DNA of 64,000 nucleotides from an uncultured Nitrospiraceae bacterium (GCA_963705105.1 CAVPIW010000008.1:48585-112584), one strand, 5' to 3'. Positions 10,098-20,668 are shown, counted from the first letter of the stretch. Made by a program: numbers and translations. Notes: generated from the letters alone by a model not told the origin.

Positions 10098-10436
10098 ATG
10101 GATGACAGTATATCGAATCGGAGACGGTTTCCCAGGATCAATGACCGTCTGAAGTTCAAATTGAGAGATCAGAAAACGGGCTGGACGGAGGACACGGTCA
10201 ACATCAGCGCCGGCGGCTTGAGGTTTCGGACGGACGTGGAGCACCGTGTGGGCGATGTTATAGGCGTCGACATCATCAAGGGGGGGGTCGGTGTGCCGAA
10301 TACGTACCTCCGGGTAACGGGAAGAGTCGTCAGGGTGATCGAAAGATCGGGGATGTTCGAAGTCGCCATAGAGTACACGGACATGAACGAGGACCTGAAA
10401 AAGGGCTTTGAGCGGTTCGTCCACCGGAAGGAATAA
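10098..10436 (+). CDS. PilZ domain protein
   Basis: RRRFPR and NISAGG c-di-GMP-binding motifs. Confidence 0.85.
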   Translation: MDDSISNRRRFPRINDRLKFKLRDQKTGWTEDTVNISAGGLRFRTDVEHRVGDVIGVDIIKGGVGVPNTYLRVTGRVVRVIERSGMFEVAIEYTDMNEDLKKGFERFVHRKE

Positions 10437-10464
10437 TGAAACGCCGGATCGACGGCCGTGAAGA

Positions 10465-10547
10465 GCGAGAGTGGCGGAACTGGCAGACGCACCAGACTTA
10501 GGATCTGGCGGGCAACCGTAGGGGTTCGACTCCCCTCTCTCGCACCA
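10465..10547 (+). tRNA. tRNA-Leu (anticodon TAG)
   Basis: Acceptor GCGAGAG/CTCTCGC, anticodon stem CCAGA/TCTGG with loop CTTAGGA, long variable arm, GTTCGAC T-loop, encoded CCA. Confidence 0.97.
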
Positions 10548-10580
10548 CATTTTTCTTTTACATCCTGAGACAATTACTTA

Positions 10581-10864
10581 ACATTGCAGTTGCGCAAAAA
10601 GGCGGGGCGAAACGCTCTGCAATACAGTGTCAGTGACAGTGTGAGTGTCAGCAAAAAGTTCACCTTTTTCAGCCGTCGGCCTGAAATAGATTCATCGATG
10701 TCGGGCCGTTCGGGGAACGGCCCCTACAGGATTCCACTCTTTGTGTGGTCGACCATTGGTTTGAAAGGTTGTCTTCTGTGAGGGTTATGGTGTCGCCGCA
10801 GCAAGGTTTTCGGCGCATTCACCCCAGCCCCGCCTTTCCCGGAAGTGTATTGCAACGATAAGGT
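10581..10864 (+). repeat. Rod-like interspersed repeat, long subtype
   Basis: Ends ACATTGCAGTTGC...TGCAACGATAAGGT; inverted near-copy of 15148-15424; REP at 10703-10727. Confidence 0.92.
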
Positions 10865-10884
10865 GACATGATGCAGCCCGTACC

Positions 10885-10945
10885 TGTCATCCCGGCTCGT
10901 CCGGGATCCTTCTTGAAAAATGATTCCCGACAAGCGGGAATGACA
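10885..10945. repeat. GTCAT(C/T)CC...GGAATGAC palindromic doublet (dRS3/REP-like)
   Basis: TGTCATCCCGG..CCGGGATC spacer GATTCCCG..CGGGAATGACA. Confidence 0.75.
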
Positions 10946-11000
10946 AGGATGTCATGACGTATATTAGGTGCTCCTTGGTATAATAGGAGTTGGGGATGAC

Positions 11001-11981
11001 GTGGACGACAACAGCAGGACAAAAGAAGATCTTCTGAAAGAACTTGAGGAACTGAAGCGCCGGTTCGGCCTTTCCGACGGCCCGGGGCGTCCCGGACCGT
11101 GCCTGGGCAGCGAGGAGCGCTACGGCGACCTTTTCGAGAACGTGAACGACCTGATCCAGTGCATCAGCGCCGAGGGGCGCTTCGTTTACGTCAACCAGGC
11201 GTGGAGAGAGACACTCGGCTATGCCGCTGAAGAGATCGAAAAACTCACCGTCTTCGACATAATCGACCAGGAAAGCATCGAACACTGCATGGACGTATTC
11301 GATCGTCTCAGGAAGGGGGAGAAAATCGACAGGGTCGAGGCTATCTTCCGAGCGAAGGATGGGAGCAGGGTCATGCTCGAGGGGAGCATCAGCACACGGT
11401 TTACCAACGGACAGTTGATATCGACCCGAGGCATTTTCCGCGACATCACGAAACGCAAGCGGCTTGAAGAGGAACTGCGCGCCCTCTCCCTGACCGACGA
11501 TCTGACGGGCCTCCGCAACAGGCGCGGATTCCTTACCCTTTCGGAGCAGCAGTTGAAGGTGGCCAGGCGGCTGATGAAGATGATGGTCCTCTTCTTCATC
11601 GACATCGATGGGATGAAAAAGATCAACGATACTCTCGGCCATCCCGCAGGCGACCGGGCACTCACCGAGACCGCCGAGGTGCTGAGAGGCAGCCTGCGCG
11701 AGTCCGACATCATCGCGCGGATCGGCGGCGACGAGTTTGCCGTCTTTTCCCTGGAGGGAGCGAGCCCCGATGTGGAGGGCATCCTGTCGAGGATCAGCGA
11801 AAGTATCAACAGCCTGAATTCAACGGAGGGACGTCCCTTTGCCCTCTCCCTCAGCATCGGCGTCGCGCGCTACAGTCATGATACGTCGCTGTCCGTCGAG
11901 GAGATGATCGCCGAAGCGGACCGCGCCATGTACGAACAGAAACGCAGCAAACAGAAACAATCCACACCCGGCTTGGCCTGA
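11001..11981 (+). CDS. PAS-domain diguanylate cyclase
   Basis: PAS/PAC (RDITKRK), DDLTGLRNRR, RESD I-site, intact GGDEF. Confidence 0.93.
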   Translation: MDDNSRTKEDLLKELEELKRRFGLSDGPGRPGPCLGSEERYGDLFENVNDLIQCISAEGRFVYVNQAWRETLGYAAEEIEKLTVFDIIDQESIEHCMDVFDRLRKGEKIDRVEAIFRAKDGSRVMLEGSISTRFTNGQLISTRGIFRDITKRKRLEEELRALSLTDDLTGLRNRRGFLTLSEQQLKVARRLMKMMVLFFIDIDGMKKINDTLGHPAGDRALTETAEVLRGSLRESDIIARIGGDEFAVFSLEGASPDVEGILSRISESINSLNSTEGRPFALSLSIGVARYSHDTSLSVEEMIAEADRAMYEQKRSKQKQSTPGLA

Positions 11982-12040
11982 TCAGGACAATCCGCGCAAA
12001 TCCTCAACGGACCGGCAGGTCCGGCGGATCTGCCCCCTGC

Positions 12041-13756
12041 CTATTTCATGAAAGGAAACACGTTATATCCCTCTGTGTCGAACAAAATCAGAGGAATCGC
12101 CCTGTTCTTTATCGTGAAGGATTCTGCGGTCGCGGGTGAAGAAGCCGGCATGACCAGGCCCTGCGCAGTTCTGGGCCTGCAAAGCCCCCCCGATCCCGGT
12201 ATCGGTTCATATCCAGCGTCGCAGCAGCGGTTCACATCGGGATGACAGAGAGCCACGGACGTACAGCAAGTCTTTCCGTCGGGACAGGCGACATTGCCCT
12301 CCCTACAGCAGAATCCCTCTCGCACACACCATGCACCGGGGTTGCAGCAGCCGTTGCCGCAACAGGGGTACCCGGGGGGACAGGCGCTGTTCCCGCAGCA
12401 CGTCCAGAAATCCGGCCAGCATTGGCCGCCGCAGACCTTCTCATCAGCTGCGCATCCTGTCAGAGTCACGGAGATGGATGCGCTACCTGTTACAGATTGT
12501 CCGGCGCCGTCTTTCACCGACACCGTAACGGCATATGTGCCCGCGCTGTTGTAAATGTGCCCGGCGGCCTGGGAGACCGAATCGACCCCCGAAAAAGTCG
12601 TTTTCCCACCGTCTCCCCAATCAAACGAATAATCGTATGGGCCTGTCCCTCCGGACGCCGTCGCCGTGCACATGGCGTCTTTCCCTACCTCCGCCTGAGA
12701 AACGCAGGAGAGAGACACGGCCATGGGCTCTCTGACCTGCAGTGCGATCGTCACGAGTCCAAATGCGAAATTGCTGTCATTGGCATAAAATTGCACATAA
12801 TGCATGCCGGGTGTGTCGAACGAGCGTGAGCAGGATTGACCCTCTGTCCATCCCGACGAACTGCAGACCGTCTTGTAGTGGTAAGGAGGCAAGCCCCCCG
12901 AGGCTTCAGCGGTCCACATGCCGCCTTCACCGACATCAAGCCATATGGGGCCGCTTGTCCCTAAGACCAGATTCTGTTTCCTTACAGATAAGAAGGTCTC
13001 GCCATAGCCCTGCCTGCCCTGCGCATCACGAACCTTCACATTAATATGTGCCCAGCCATTATACGAGAAACTCTTCACCTGAGTATCCGTCGTTGCACTT
13101 GTCGTGATTTCACGGGATTCCCCCGCAAGGTTCCATGCAAAAACAAGGGGAGGGACGGGAGCCCCGTCATTCTCAAAGGCCGAAACGACTCCCGTAAAGG
13201 AGACATCTTTCTCCGCATCGATAGTTTGCGCTGGCTTCGATATCGCCACTGAAAGAATTTTCGTAACAGCGACTGCGTAAGAGGTTGTGCCTGTGCAGAC
13301 AGCTTCTTTTCCTTTCATGGCGAGAAAGGTTACCTTTACGTTGTCGATATGATCGAAGCGGTCGGGCGCCTCGTCATGCCACACGTAAAGTCCGTTGCCC
13401 ATGGGGACAGCGGTTCCACTTGTCTCCCCCTTGATCTCGACAAAGTCTATCTCGTCGCGCCAAAGGGCGGGGATCCGGACTTCAACCGTCACAGTTCCGC
13501 CATCGTTCACCGAATACTTATCGAGCGTGATGCTCCCTGCACAGGTCTGGCCTTTCGTGCCCTGTCCCGCCGACGGAGGGGCAGGCGTGGCTTCAGTCTC
13601 GTCGGCGTACCAGTCGAGCTGGGGCTCGGCTGAAGATGCATACAGAGGCATTGTGAGCAAGACGAGAGCAACCGTCACCGCGGCAAGAGCCGTCGCACAT
13701 AGAGAAAAATATCGACGTCCTGATCTGTCTATCACGTTGAGTTCCGTCTTTACCAT
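12041..13756 (-). CDS. Secreted PKD-domain protein with Cys-rich C-terminal repeats
   Basis: Signal-like N-terminus, PKD motif YSFDWGDG..HIY..AGTY, about 20 Cys in the C-terminal 95 aa. Confidence 0.8.
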   Translation of the reverse strand: MVKTELNVIDRSGRRYFSLCATALAAVTVALVLLTMPLYASSAEPQLDWYADETEATPAPPSAGQGTKGQTCAGSITLDKYSVNDGGTVTVEVRIPALWRDEIDFVEIKGETSGTAVPMGNGLYVWHDEAPDRFDHIDNVKVTFLAMKGKEAVCTGTTSYAVAVTKILSVAISKPAQTIDAEKDVSFTGVVSAFENDGAPVPPLVFAWNLAGESREITTSATTDTQVKSFSYNGWAHINVKVRDAQGRQGYGETFLSVRKQNLVLGTSGPIWLDVGEGGMWTAEASGGLPPYHYKTVCSSSGWTEGQSCSRSFDTPGMHYVQFYANDSNFAFGLVTIALQVREPMAVSLSCVSQAEVGKDAMCTATASGGTGPYDYSFDWGDGGKTTFSGVDSVSQAAGHIYNSAGTYAVTVSVKDGAGQSVTGSASISVTLTGCAADEKVCGGQCWPDFWTCCGNSACPPGYPCCGNGCCNPGAWCVREGFCCREGNVACPDGKTCCTSVALCHPDVNRCCDAGYEPIPGSGGLCRPRTAQGLVMPASSPATAESFTIKNRAIPLILFDTEGYNVFPFMK

Positions 13757-13772
13757 GGTATCATTCTCCTCC

Positions 13773-14993
13773 TTACCGCGACGGGATCACGAAGACAAGC
13801 CTGTCGCCGGAAAACCCGAACACGATGCCGTCGTAGATGAAGTGCTTGTCCGTCCTGAACAGGTCGAAGAACTTGCCGCTGCCCGGCGGAGACGATGTCA
13901 TCGACAACGGCTGACCGTGAAGTGCGAGGATGCCCTCCGTCGTCATGTCAAAGGAGTAGTTCTCCGGCCGGAGCTGCGCAGGCTGAGGCGTCAGGCCGGC
14001 AGTGTCAACCTGGACCTCTTTCATGAAGATACCGTTTGTGAAGAACTCCCGCACCCCCCGGGTGATATAGATCCAGGCCTCGTCAATCCTGATCACACCG
14101 CCCTGCTCCCTGAATGTCTTGATGAATTGCTGGGGGTAGCCGATTTTATTGACGAAGGCCTGCTGGGCCGGCGAAAGTTTGTCAAAGGACAGGACCGAAA
14201 CAGCGGCGTTGCTTGTCCATGTATTCACGTCAAAGAGGTTGGCGAAATTGCCGACCATCACTCCGGCAAAGATGTAATCACCGGAGAGAAGCGACGAGGG
14301 CAAAACAATGTCGGGAAGGATCGAGCCGGTCTCTTTCACCGGGTTGACGCCGATCTGATAGGGAACGATCTGATCGGTCACGCCGTAGCCGGCCAGAAAC
14401 AAGGGAGGCAGTCCCGGCGCTATCAGGATGACATAGAGGTCCGACGGACCCGTCATCGTCCCGGGCGTGACGTCAAAATCCCAGCGGAAAGTATTGCCCG
14501 GCCCGGCCGCCGCTGAGCTTAACGGCATGTCGAGTTTGTGTTTGGTCTCTGCCGGAGCCGCGTCGACGGTTGCCGTGACGGTGAAGTCGATGGGGAACAG
14601 GATCTGACTCACGTTGACGGGTGTGATGTACCACCGCCCCTCCCTGAGGGGAGGTGTCGAGGTCGGGGTGACCTCGATCCGCTCGTGGGAGTCGACGGCC
14701 GTCGAAACGAAGTCGGCCCCGTCGTACAGTTCTCCATAGTTGGCCCCCTGCAGGGGCGCACCGTACTTCAGGAAGAGGTCGAGGTCGCCCCGGTCCGCCG
14801 CGAGGGTCACTGTCAGCCTGGTCGCCCGGGCGGGCACCTCGATGTAGTGGTTGGTGTATGTGCCCATAGAGAGGGTCAGCGAGACGGGCACACCGCTCTG
14901 GAGCGCCGTCTGGGCATAGACCGGCGTCATCAAGAGCATCAGGTCTGCGCATATCAGCAGAAAAACAAAGATGAAATGAAGAGATCTTTTCAT
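13773..14993 (-). CDS. Secreted protein with pre-peptidase C-terminal (PPC)-like domain
   Basis: Signal peptide ending VYA; YIEVP..ATRLTVTL..GDLDLFLKYG..GRWYI PPC pattern. Confidence 0.75.
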   Translation of the reverse strand: MKRSLHFIFVFLLICADLMLLMTPVYAQTALQSGVPVSLTLSMGTYTNHYIEVPARATRLTVTLAADRGDLDLFLKYGAPLQGANYGELYDGADFVSTAVDSHERIEVTPTSTPPLREGRWYITPVNVSQILFPIDFTVTATVDAAPAETKHKLDMPLSSAAAGPGNTFRWDFDVTPGTMTGPSDLYVILIAPGLPPLFLAGYGVTDQIVPYQIGVNPVKETGSILPDIVLPSSLLSGDYIFAGVMVGNFANLFDVNTWTSNAAVSVLSFDKLSPAQQAFVNKIGYPQQFIKTFREQGGVIRIDEAWIYITRGVREFFTNGIFMKEVQVDTAGLTPQPAQLRPENYSFDMTTEGILALHGQPLSMTSSPPGSGKFFDLFRTDKHFIYDGIVFGFSGDRLVFVIPSR

Positions 14994-15029
14994 GGCTTCC
15001 GTCCTCACGATACTGCGGAATTTGCCGGT

Positions 15030-15138
15030 TGTTATACCCGCAACCCCTCACTTGATGCGGGGCGTCGGGAATCACCCTGAAGCAAAGAAAGATTCCGGAC
15101 CGATCCTCGGCTGTGCGAGGGCAAGAGCCGGAATGACA
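15030..15138. repeat. Expanded GTCATTCC/GGAATGAC palindromic doublet with nested hairpins
   Basis: TGTTATACCCG..CGGGAATC spacer GATTCCGG..CCGGAATGACA; same class as 10885-10945. Confidence 0.65.
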
Positions 15139-15147
15139 GCACTGTAT

Positions 15148-15424
15148 ACCTTATCGTTGTAACACACTCCCGGAAAGGCGCGGTGTATGCGCCGAAAACC
15201 TTGCTGCGGCGACACCATAACTCTCACGGAAGACAATCTTTCAAACCAATGGTCGACCACACAAAGGATGAAATCGTGTAGGGGCCGTTCCCCGAACGGC
15301 CCGACATCGATGAAGCTGTTTCAGGCCGACGGCTGAAAAAGGTGAACTTCTTGCTGACACTCACACTGTCACTGACACTGTATTTCAGAGCGCTTCGCCC
15401 CGCCTTTCCATGCAACTGCAAGGT
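15148..15424 (-). repeat. Rod-like interspersed repeat, long subtype
   Basis: Ends ACCTTATCGTTGTA...TGCAACTGCAAGGT; REP at 15278-15302. Confidence 0.92.
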
Positions 15425-15701
15425 AGCCCTACGATCAAACGAATCGGCAACTCCTGAAAATCCCCGTCTGACGACGGGAAAACAATGACTTCTTTCTTTC
15501 TGAATATCATGAAAAAGAGGGCTTGTCAACACAATATTTCTTATTGATCAATAGAGATCGCTTATAGATCGTGTCATTGATAACGTCAAGGGGACGGCGG
15601 GGTGGGCAAGCCGATACGGCAAGCCCCTGTATCCCCCTTCTCCAGGGGGGAATAAGAAAAGGAAAAGAGAGGGGACGTGTCGTCGCAGGAAGATGAGTGG
15701 A

Positions 15702-17309
15702 CTACTTTTTTTCTTTCCAGTACGGGTTTGCGAGGTCCTCAAAGGCGGTGAGGGCGGCGACGGAGGCCTGGCCCACGGCTGTGACGATCTGTTTCACTCC
15801 TCCTGTCACATCGCCCGCCGCATAGACAAGGGGCACGGACGTGCGCATCTTGTCGTCAACCCTGATGTAGCCCTCTTCATTGAGATCGAGGCCGAGCACC
15901 CGGGCGATGTCGATGTTCGGGTCATACCCGACGGCGATGAAGACACCCTTGACAGGTTCCTCCGTCACAACACCAGTTTTGGTGTTCTCGATCTTCAGCT
16001 TCGTCACAACCTTGTCACCGCTGATCTCCCTGACCACGCTGTTCCAGATCACGGGGATGCCGGCCTTGAAGAGGCTCTCCTGGAGATTCATCTCGGCCCT
16101 CAGTGTGTCCCTCCTGTGCAGGAGCGTCACATCGGCGCCGAGCCCGTTCAGGTAAAGGGCGTCCGTCACGGCCGTGTTTCCCCCTCCCACGACGATGACG
16201 CGCTTGCCGTCCTTGAAGAAATAGCCGTCACAGGTGGCGCAGGAACTGACGCCTTTCCCGTAGTACTCGTCCTCTCCCGGCACGCCCAGCTTCCGGTACC
16301 GAGCGCCCGTCGCGACAAGCACGGCCTTTGTTATGTAAATGCCCCAGGTCGTCGTGGTGCGGAAACGCCCGTCTTCGCGGGCGATCTCCTGTATCTGTTC
16401 GGAGATGTGGATATCGGAGTACTGCGCAGCCTGCTGGGCCAGCAGGTCGACGAGAGACTTTCCGGCGATGCGGGAAAATCCGGGATAGTTTTCTACGACG
16501 GGGGTGACGGTGATCTGCCCCCCGATGTTCTCCCGCTCGATGACGACCGTCTTCAGCCCTGCCCGCTCAGCGTAAATCGCGGCGGTCAGTCCCGCCGGTC
16601 CTGCCCCGACGATCAGGAGGTCCTTCTCCACGGGCTTGTCCGAGAAGCCCGCAGGGGCCGCCTCGGGCTTCTTGAGGGTCAGGAGGGATTCGATGAAGAT
16701 CTCCTCGGGCTCCACGCCGGGGGCGACGAGAACGCCGTTGACGAAGGTCTGCGGCACCGACACGATGCCGTACTTCCCGGCGATGTCCTGGTTCTCGTAG
16801 ATCTCGATGACATCGACGGACACGAGGTCGCTCCGCACGAGGGCCGCCGACACGGCGGTGACGACGGACTGGGGGCAGTAGGGGCAGGTGGGGCTCACAA
16901 AAACCTGGATGTCCCTCTTCTCGCGCAGGTCCTGGAGTCTCTTCAGGGATTCTCCCGAGATGACAACACCGCCTGTTGAAACCATGAGGATCGTCGTGAT
17001 GAGCGACCGTCCCTCCTCGCCGAGGGGGGCGCCGGAGAACCGGATCTTGTACTTGTCCGGCTCGATGAGAACAGTCGGGGACCGCTGAACATCTCTTTTC
17101 TTCGCCTGTTCGTCTCCGACCTGATGATAGGACACTTTGATTTTCTTCGAGAGCTGGGGAAGGACCTTCATGAGGTCGAGCAGGACCTCGTTATATGTAT
17201 CGTTGGTTCCCTTCTGTGTGAAGACCTCGATCCTGACGTCGTTCTGCAGCTCCTTGAATGTGTCCTTGAGGACTTTCTTTATTTCGTCGGTGATGATTTC
17301 TTTTTCCAT
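15702..17309 (-). CDS. Thioredoxin reductase fused to N-terminal thioredoxin folds (AhpF-like)
   Basis: CPYC in the second Trx fold; GAGPAG, SCATCDG, GGGNTA, AAGD motifs. Confidence 0.9.
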   Translation of the reverse strand: MEKEIITDEIKKVLKDTFKELQNDVRIEVFTQKGTNDTYNEVLLDLMKVLPQLSKKIKVSYHQVGDEQAKKRDVQRSPTVLIEPDKYKIRFSGAPLGEEGRSLITTILMVSTGGVVISGESLKRLQDLREKRDIQVFVSPTCPYCPQSVVTAVSAALVRSDLVSVDVIEIYENQDIAGKYGIVSVPQTFVNGVLVAPGVEPEEIFIESLLTLKKPEAAPAGFSDKPVEKDLLIVGAGPAGLTAAIYAERAGLKTVVIERENIGGQITVTPVVENYPGFSRIAGKSLVDLLAQQAAQYSDIHISEQIQEIAREDGRFRTTTTWGIYITKAVLVATGARYRKLGVPGEDEYYGKGVSSCATCDGYFFKDGKRVIVVGGGNTAVTDALYLNGLGADVTLLHRRDTLRAEMNLQESLFKAGIPVIWNSVVREISGDKVVTKLKIENTKTGVVTEEPVKGVFIAVGYDPNIDIARVLGLDLNEEGYIRVDDKMRTSVPLVYAAGDVTGGVKQIVTAVGQASVAALTAFEDLANPYWKEKK

Positions 17310-17397
17310 ACAATTATTGTAGCCATATCCCACCCTCTTTGCAATTGCTCCGGCCCGTCGCCGCACCGCGCCGGCGATAATGTTTTATAATAATGTA

Positions 17398-20300
17398 ATG
17401 CTCACCCCTTCTTCACTCGCCGCCGAACACCGGACGCACATCATCGACAGCCTTCGGGACAGCGGAAAGAACAGGATCACGTCTCTTTCCCTTTCCCATC
17501 TCGCTCTCTTCCTCTCCCAGGCCGAAAGGCCCTATGTGGTCATCGAAGATTCCGGAGAAAATGCGCAGGCCCTCGTGCGGGACATCACCTTTTTCCGGGG
17601 GATGACCGGACCTGCCGCTCCTGCCGGAAATTCGCCCGCTCCCCTGTGCTTCCCCTCACCGTCCGATGCCGGGGATATCGGGCAGAGGGCACGGGTCGTG
17701 AAAGCCCTCGCAGAAGACCCGCTCCTGCCCGTCGTGACAACCCGCGATGCCTCTCTGACCGGGTTTTCCGTCGCAGCCATCGGTGAGACGATCGTCACCG
17801 TCGAAAAAGGGCTCTCCATCGAACGGCACCGCTTTCAGTCCCTCCTGGCCCGGCTGGGATACCGCAATGTGAGCGTCGTCGCCGAGCAGGGTGAGTACAG
17901 CGAGCGCCGGTGGCTGTTCGATATTTTTCCCGTGACGGAAGATGCTCCCATCCGTATCGAATTCTTCGGCGACGAAATAGACACGCTGAGGGTCTTTGAC
18001 ATAGAGACACAGAGAACGGTCCGTGAGGTCCCCGGGTTGACCATCCTCCCCGCCGCCGAACCGGACAGGACGGGAAATCTCATCGACGAACTCGCCGGCG
18101 GCGCCAGGGACTTCTACCGGTACGGGACGGAAGAGGATGATCTCTCCCGCAGCCCCTGCGTCACCTTTTCACATTTGCCCATTGAAGACGAGGGCATCCC
18201 GTCAGGCGAACTCCCCCTCCGCGGATATGGCATCACCGCCGATGAGAGGACGTCCCTCGAAGAGATCGCACCGGCGATCATGAATTGCCGGGAGCGAGTC
18301 ATGGCCGTTCTGCCTTCAAGGGGCCAGGCGGAGCGTTTCAGGGACATCCTCTTCGACGGGGGGCTCGTCGCTCCCGTTCTGGCTCCCGCTGAGGCGGGGT
18401 CCTATCCGGGACCGGTCTGCATCATCGTGGGGTCCCTGTCGTCGGGCCTCCATATACCGGGCCTGATGGTCCTCACCGACAGGGAGCTCTTCGGTGAACG
18501 GCCCGCCCACAGGCCGATGAAGAAATCGAAGGTCTCGGGGCTCCTGCTGAACATCGATGACCTGCGACCGGGAGACTTCGTCGTCCACACGGACCACGGC
18601 ATCGGGAAGTTCGTCGGCATGCAGCGCCAGAAGACCGAGGACCGCGAAGAGGATCTGATCACCCTCGAGTACGCCGGCGGCGACAGGCTCCACATACCCT
18701 TCCAGAGTGTCGGAAGACTCCAGAAGTACGTCGCCGGCGAGGGCCACGTGCCGGCATTGGACAGGCTCGGCGGAAAGAGGTGGCAGAAGACGAAGGAAAA
18801 GGCCCGTCAGGGGATCAAAGAAATGGCCGAAAAACTCCTGAAGCTCTATGCCGAGCGGACCGTTTCGCGGGGTTTCACCTTCAGCGACGACACGCCGATG
18901 CACAGGGAATTCGACGATTTCTTCTCCTACGAGGAGACGGAGGACCAGCTCAGGGCGACGGAAGAGATCACAAGGCATATGCGCTCGGACAAGCCCATGG
19001 ACATGCTCCTCTGCGGCGACGTGGGATACGGCAAGACTGAAGTGGCCATGAGGGCCGCTTTCAGGGCCGTCTACGACGGCAAACAGGTCGCTGTCCTCGT
19101 GCCGACGACGCTCCTGGCGGAGCAGCACCACAGAACATTCCGGACAAGGTTCTCGGGGTTCCCCGTGAAGATCGACTACCTCAGCAGGTTCAAACATTCC
19201 GCCGATGTGAAGAAATGCCGCAAGGCCCTCGCAGCGGGCGAGACGGACATCGTCATCGGGACCCACATGCTCCTTCACAAAGATGTCAGCTTCCACGACC
19301 TCGGGCTCCTCATCATCGACGAGGAGCATCGCTTCGGCGTGGCCCAGAAGGAGAGGCTGAAGGAGCTGAAGGGCGGCGTCGATGTCCTTACCCTCACGGC
19401 CACGCCCATCCCGAGAACGCTTCACCTGTCCCTTTCGGGAGTCAGGGAGATCTGCAATATCGAGACCCCCCCGGAGGAGCGCCGGGCTGTGCGGAGCATC
19501 GTGACCGTCTTCAGTGAAAGGACGATCAGGGAAGCCATCGGGCGTGAGCTGCAGCGGGGCGGACAGGTCTTTTTCCTTCACAACAGGATCCGGGACATCG
19601 GGAAAGTGGCGGAGCTGCTGACGAAGCTCGCTCCCGGCGCAGGGATCGCCGTCGCACACGGACAGATGAGGGAAGCCGACCTCGAACGGATCATGCTCTC
19701 CTTTCTCGACAGGAAGGCGGACATTCTGCTCTGCACGGCCATCATCGGGTCCGGCCTCGACATACCGACGGCGAACACCATACTCATCGACAGGGCGGAC
19801 GCCTTCGGTTTGGCCGATCTCTACCAGCTCCGGGGGCGGGTCGGCAGGGGCGCCCTCCAGGCATACGCCTACTTCCTCGTGCCGGGCGAGGACTTTCTCA
19901 GCGATGACGCCAAGAAGAGGCTCACGGCCATCCAGGAGATGAGCTATCTCGGCGCCGGGTTCAGGCTGGCCCTCAGGGACCTCGAAATCCGCGGCGCCGG
20001 CAACCTCCTCGGCGCCGAACAGTCGGGGCATATCTACAGCCTCGGTTTTGACCTCTACATGGAGATGCTTGAGAAGGCGGTATCTGAGCTGAAGGGCGAA
20101 GTGAGGGCCGAGGCCTTCGATCCCCAGATCAGCCTTCAGGTATCGGCGTTCATACCGGAGGACTACATATCCGACATCAGCCTGAGGCTGAGTGTGTACA
20201 GGAGGATCTCGGCCCTCCAGGCCGCCGATGCCCTCGAAGACCTGGCAGGCGAGATCGAAGACAGGTTCGGTCCCGTCCCGGACGAGGTCCGGCACCTTCT

Positions 20301-20607
20301 CCATGTCATGCGCATCAAGATCTATGCGCGGAAGCTGTTCATCTCCAAAGTGTCGGGCTATGACGGCTCCTACCGGTTTACCCTTACCGCCGAAGGACAT
20401 GAGCGGTATGGTATTCCGGTGGACTTTTTCGACAGGCTCCTGCAGACGCTCGTCGCCATGAACACGGCACAGGATGAATTCAGGGGAAAAATCAGGTTCC
20501 ATCCCGACGGGTTCGAGCTGAACACGGGCCGTCCCGGCGCCGGCAAAGGCATTGTCCTTGTCGAAAATGCTCTCAGGAGGCTTTCCGGAAGCCTTGCGAA
20601 AGACTGA
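17398..20607 (+). CDS. mfd: Transcription-repair coupling factor
   Basis: UvrB-like N-terminus, CarD-like RID (VVHTDHGIG), CGDVGYGKT, DEEHRFG, QLRGRVGR, TRG motif DLEIRGAGNLLG. Confidence 0.96.
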   Translation: MLTPSSLAAEHRTHIIDSLRDSGKNRITSLSLSHLALFLSQAERPYVVIEDSGENAQALVRDITFFRGMTGPAAPAGNSPAPLCFPSPSDAGDIGQRARVVKALAEDPLLPVVTTRDASLTGFSVAAIGETIVTVEKGLSIERHRFQSLLARLGYRNVSVVAEQGEYSERRWLFDIFPVTEDAPIRIEFFGDEIDTLRVFDIETQRTVREVPGLTILPAAEPDRTGNLIDELAGGARDFYRYGTEEDDLSRSPCVTFSHLPIEDEGIPSGELPLRGYGITADERTSLEEIAPAIMNCRERVMAVLPSRGQAERFRDILFDGGLVAPVLAPAEAGSYPGPVCIIVGSLSSGLHIPGLMVLTDRELFGERPAHRPMKKSKVSGLLLNIDDLRPGDFVVHTDHGIGKFVGMQRQKTEDREEDLITLEYAGGDRLHIPFQSVGRLQKYVAGEGHVPALDRLGGKRWQKTKEKARQGIKEMAEKLLKLYAERTVSRGFTFSDDTPMHREFDDFFSYEETEDQLRATEEITRHMRSDKPMDMLLCGDVGYGKTEVAMRAAFRAVYDGKQVAVLVPTTLLAEQHHRTFRTRFSGFPVKIDYLSRFKHSADVKKCRKALAAGETDIVIGTHMLLHKDVSFHDLGLLIIDEEHRFGVAQKERLKELKGGVDVLTLTATPIPRTLHLSLSGVREICNIETPPEERRAVRSIVTVFSERTIREAIGRELQRGGQVFFLHNRIRDIGKVAELLTKLAPGAGIAVAHGQMREADLERIMLSFLDRKADILLCTAIIGSGLDIPTANTILIDRADAFGLADLYQLRGRVGRGALQAYAYFLVPGEDFLSDDAKKRLTAIQEMSYLGAGFRLALRDLEIRGAGNLLGAEQSGHIYSLGFDLYMEMLEKAVSELKGEVRAEAFDPQISLQVSAFIPEDYISDISLRLSVYRRISALQAADALEDLAGEIEDRFGPVPDEVRHLLHVMRIKIYARKLFISKVSGYDGSYRFTLTAEGHERYGIPVDFFDRLLQTLVAMNTAQDEFRGKIRFHPDGFELNTGRPGAGKGIVLVENALRRLSGSLAKD

Positions 20608-20668
20608 ACACCTCTTTCAAACTTTCCCGCTCTGGACTTCGCGGAGGAAATCGGGTAAACTGGATGAC

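Noticed and set aside
9906..10573. ORFs antisense to tRNA-Leu and the PilZ gene
   Set aside because: Shadow translations of the tRNA and PilZ sequence
10465..15700. tRNA-targeted integrative element with attL/attR
   Set aside because: No duplicate of the tRNA 3' end and no integrase found
7978..20502. Long antisense ORFs (e.g. 7978-10056, 18316-20502) and similar ones elsewhere
   Set aside because: Typical stop-free shadows of GC-rich genes with no recognisable motifs
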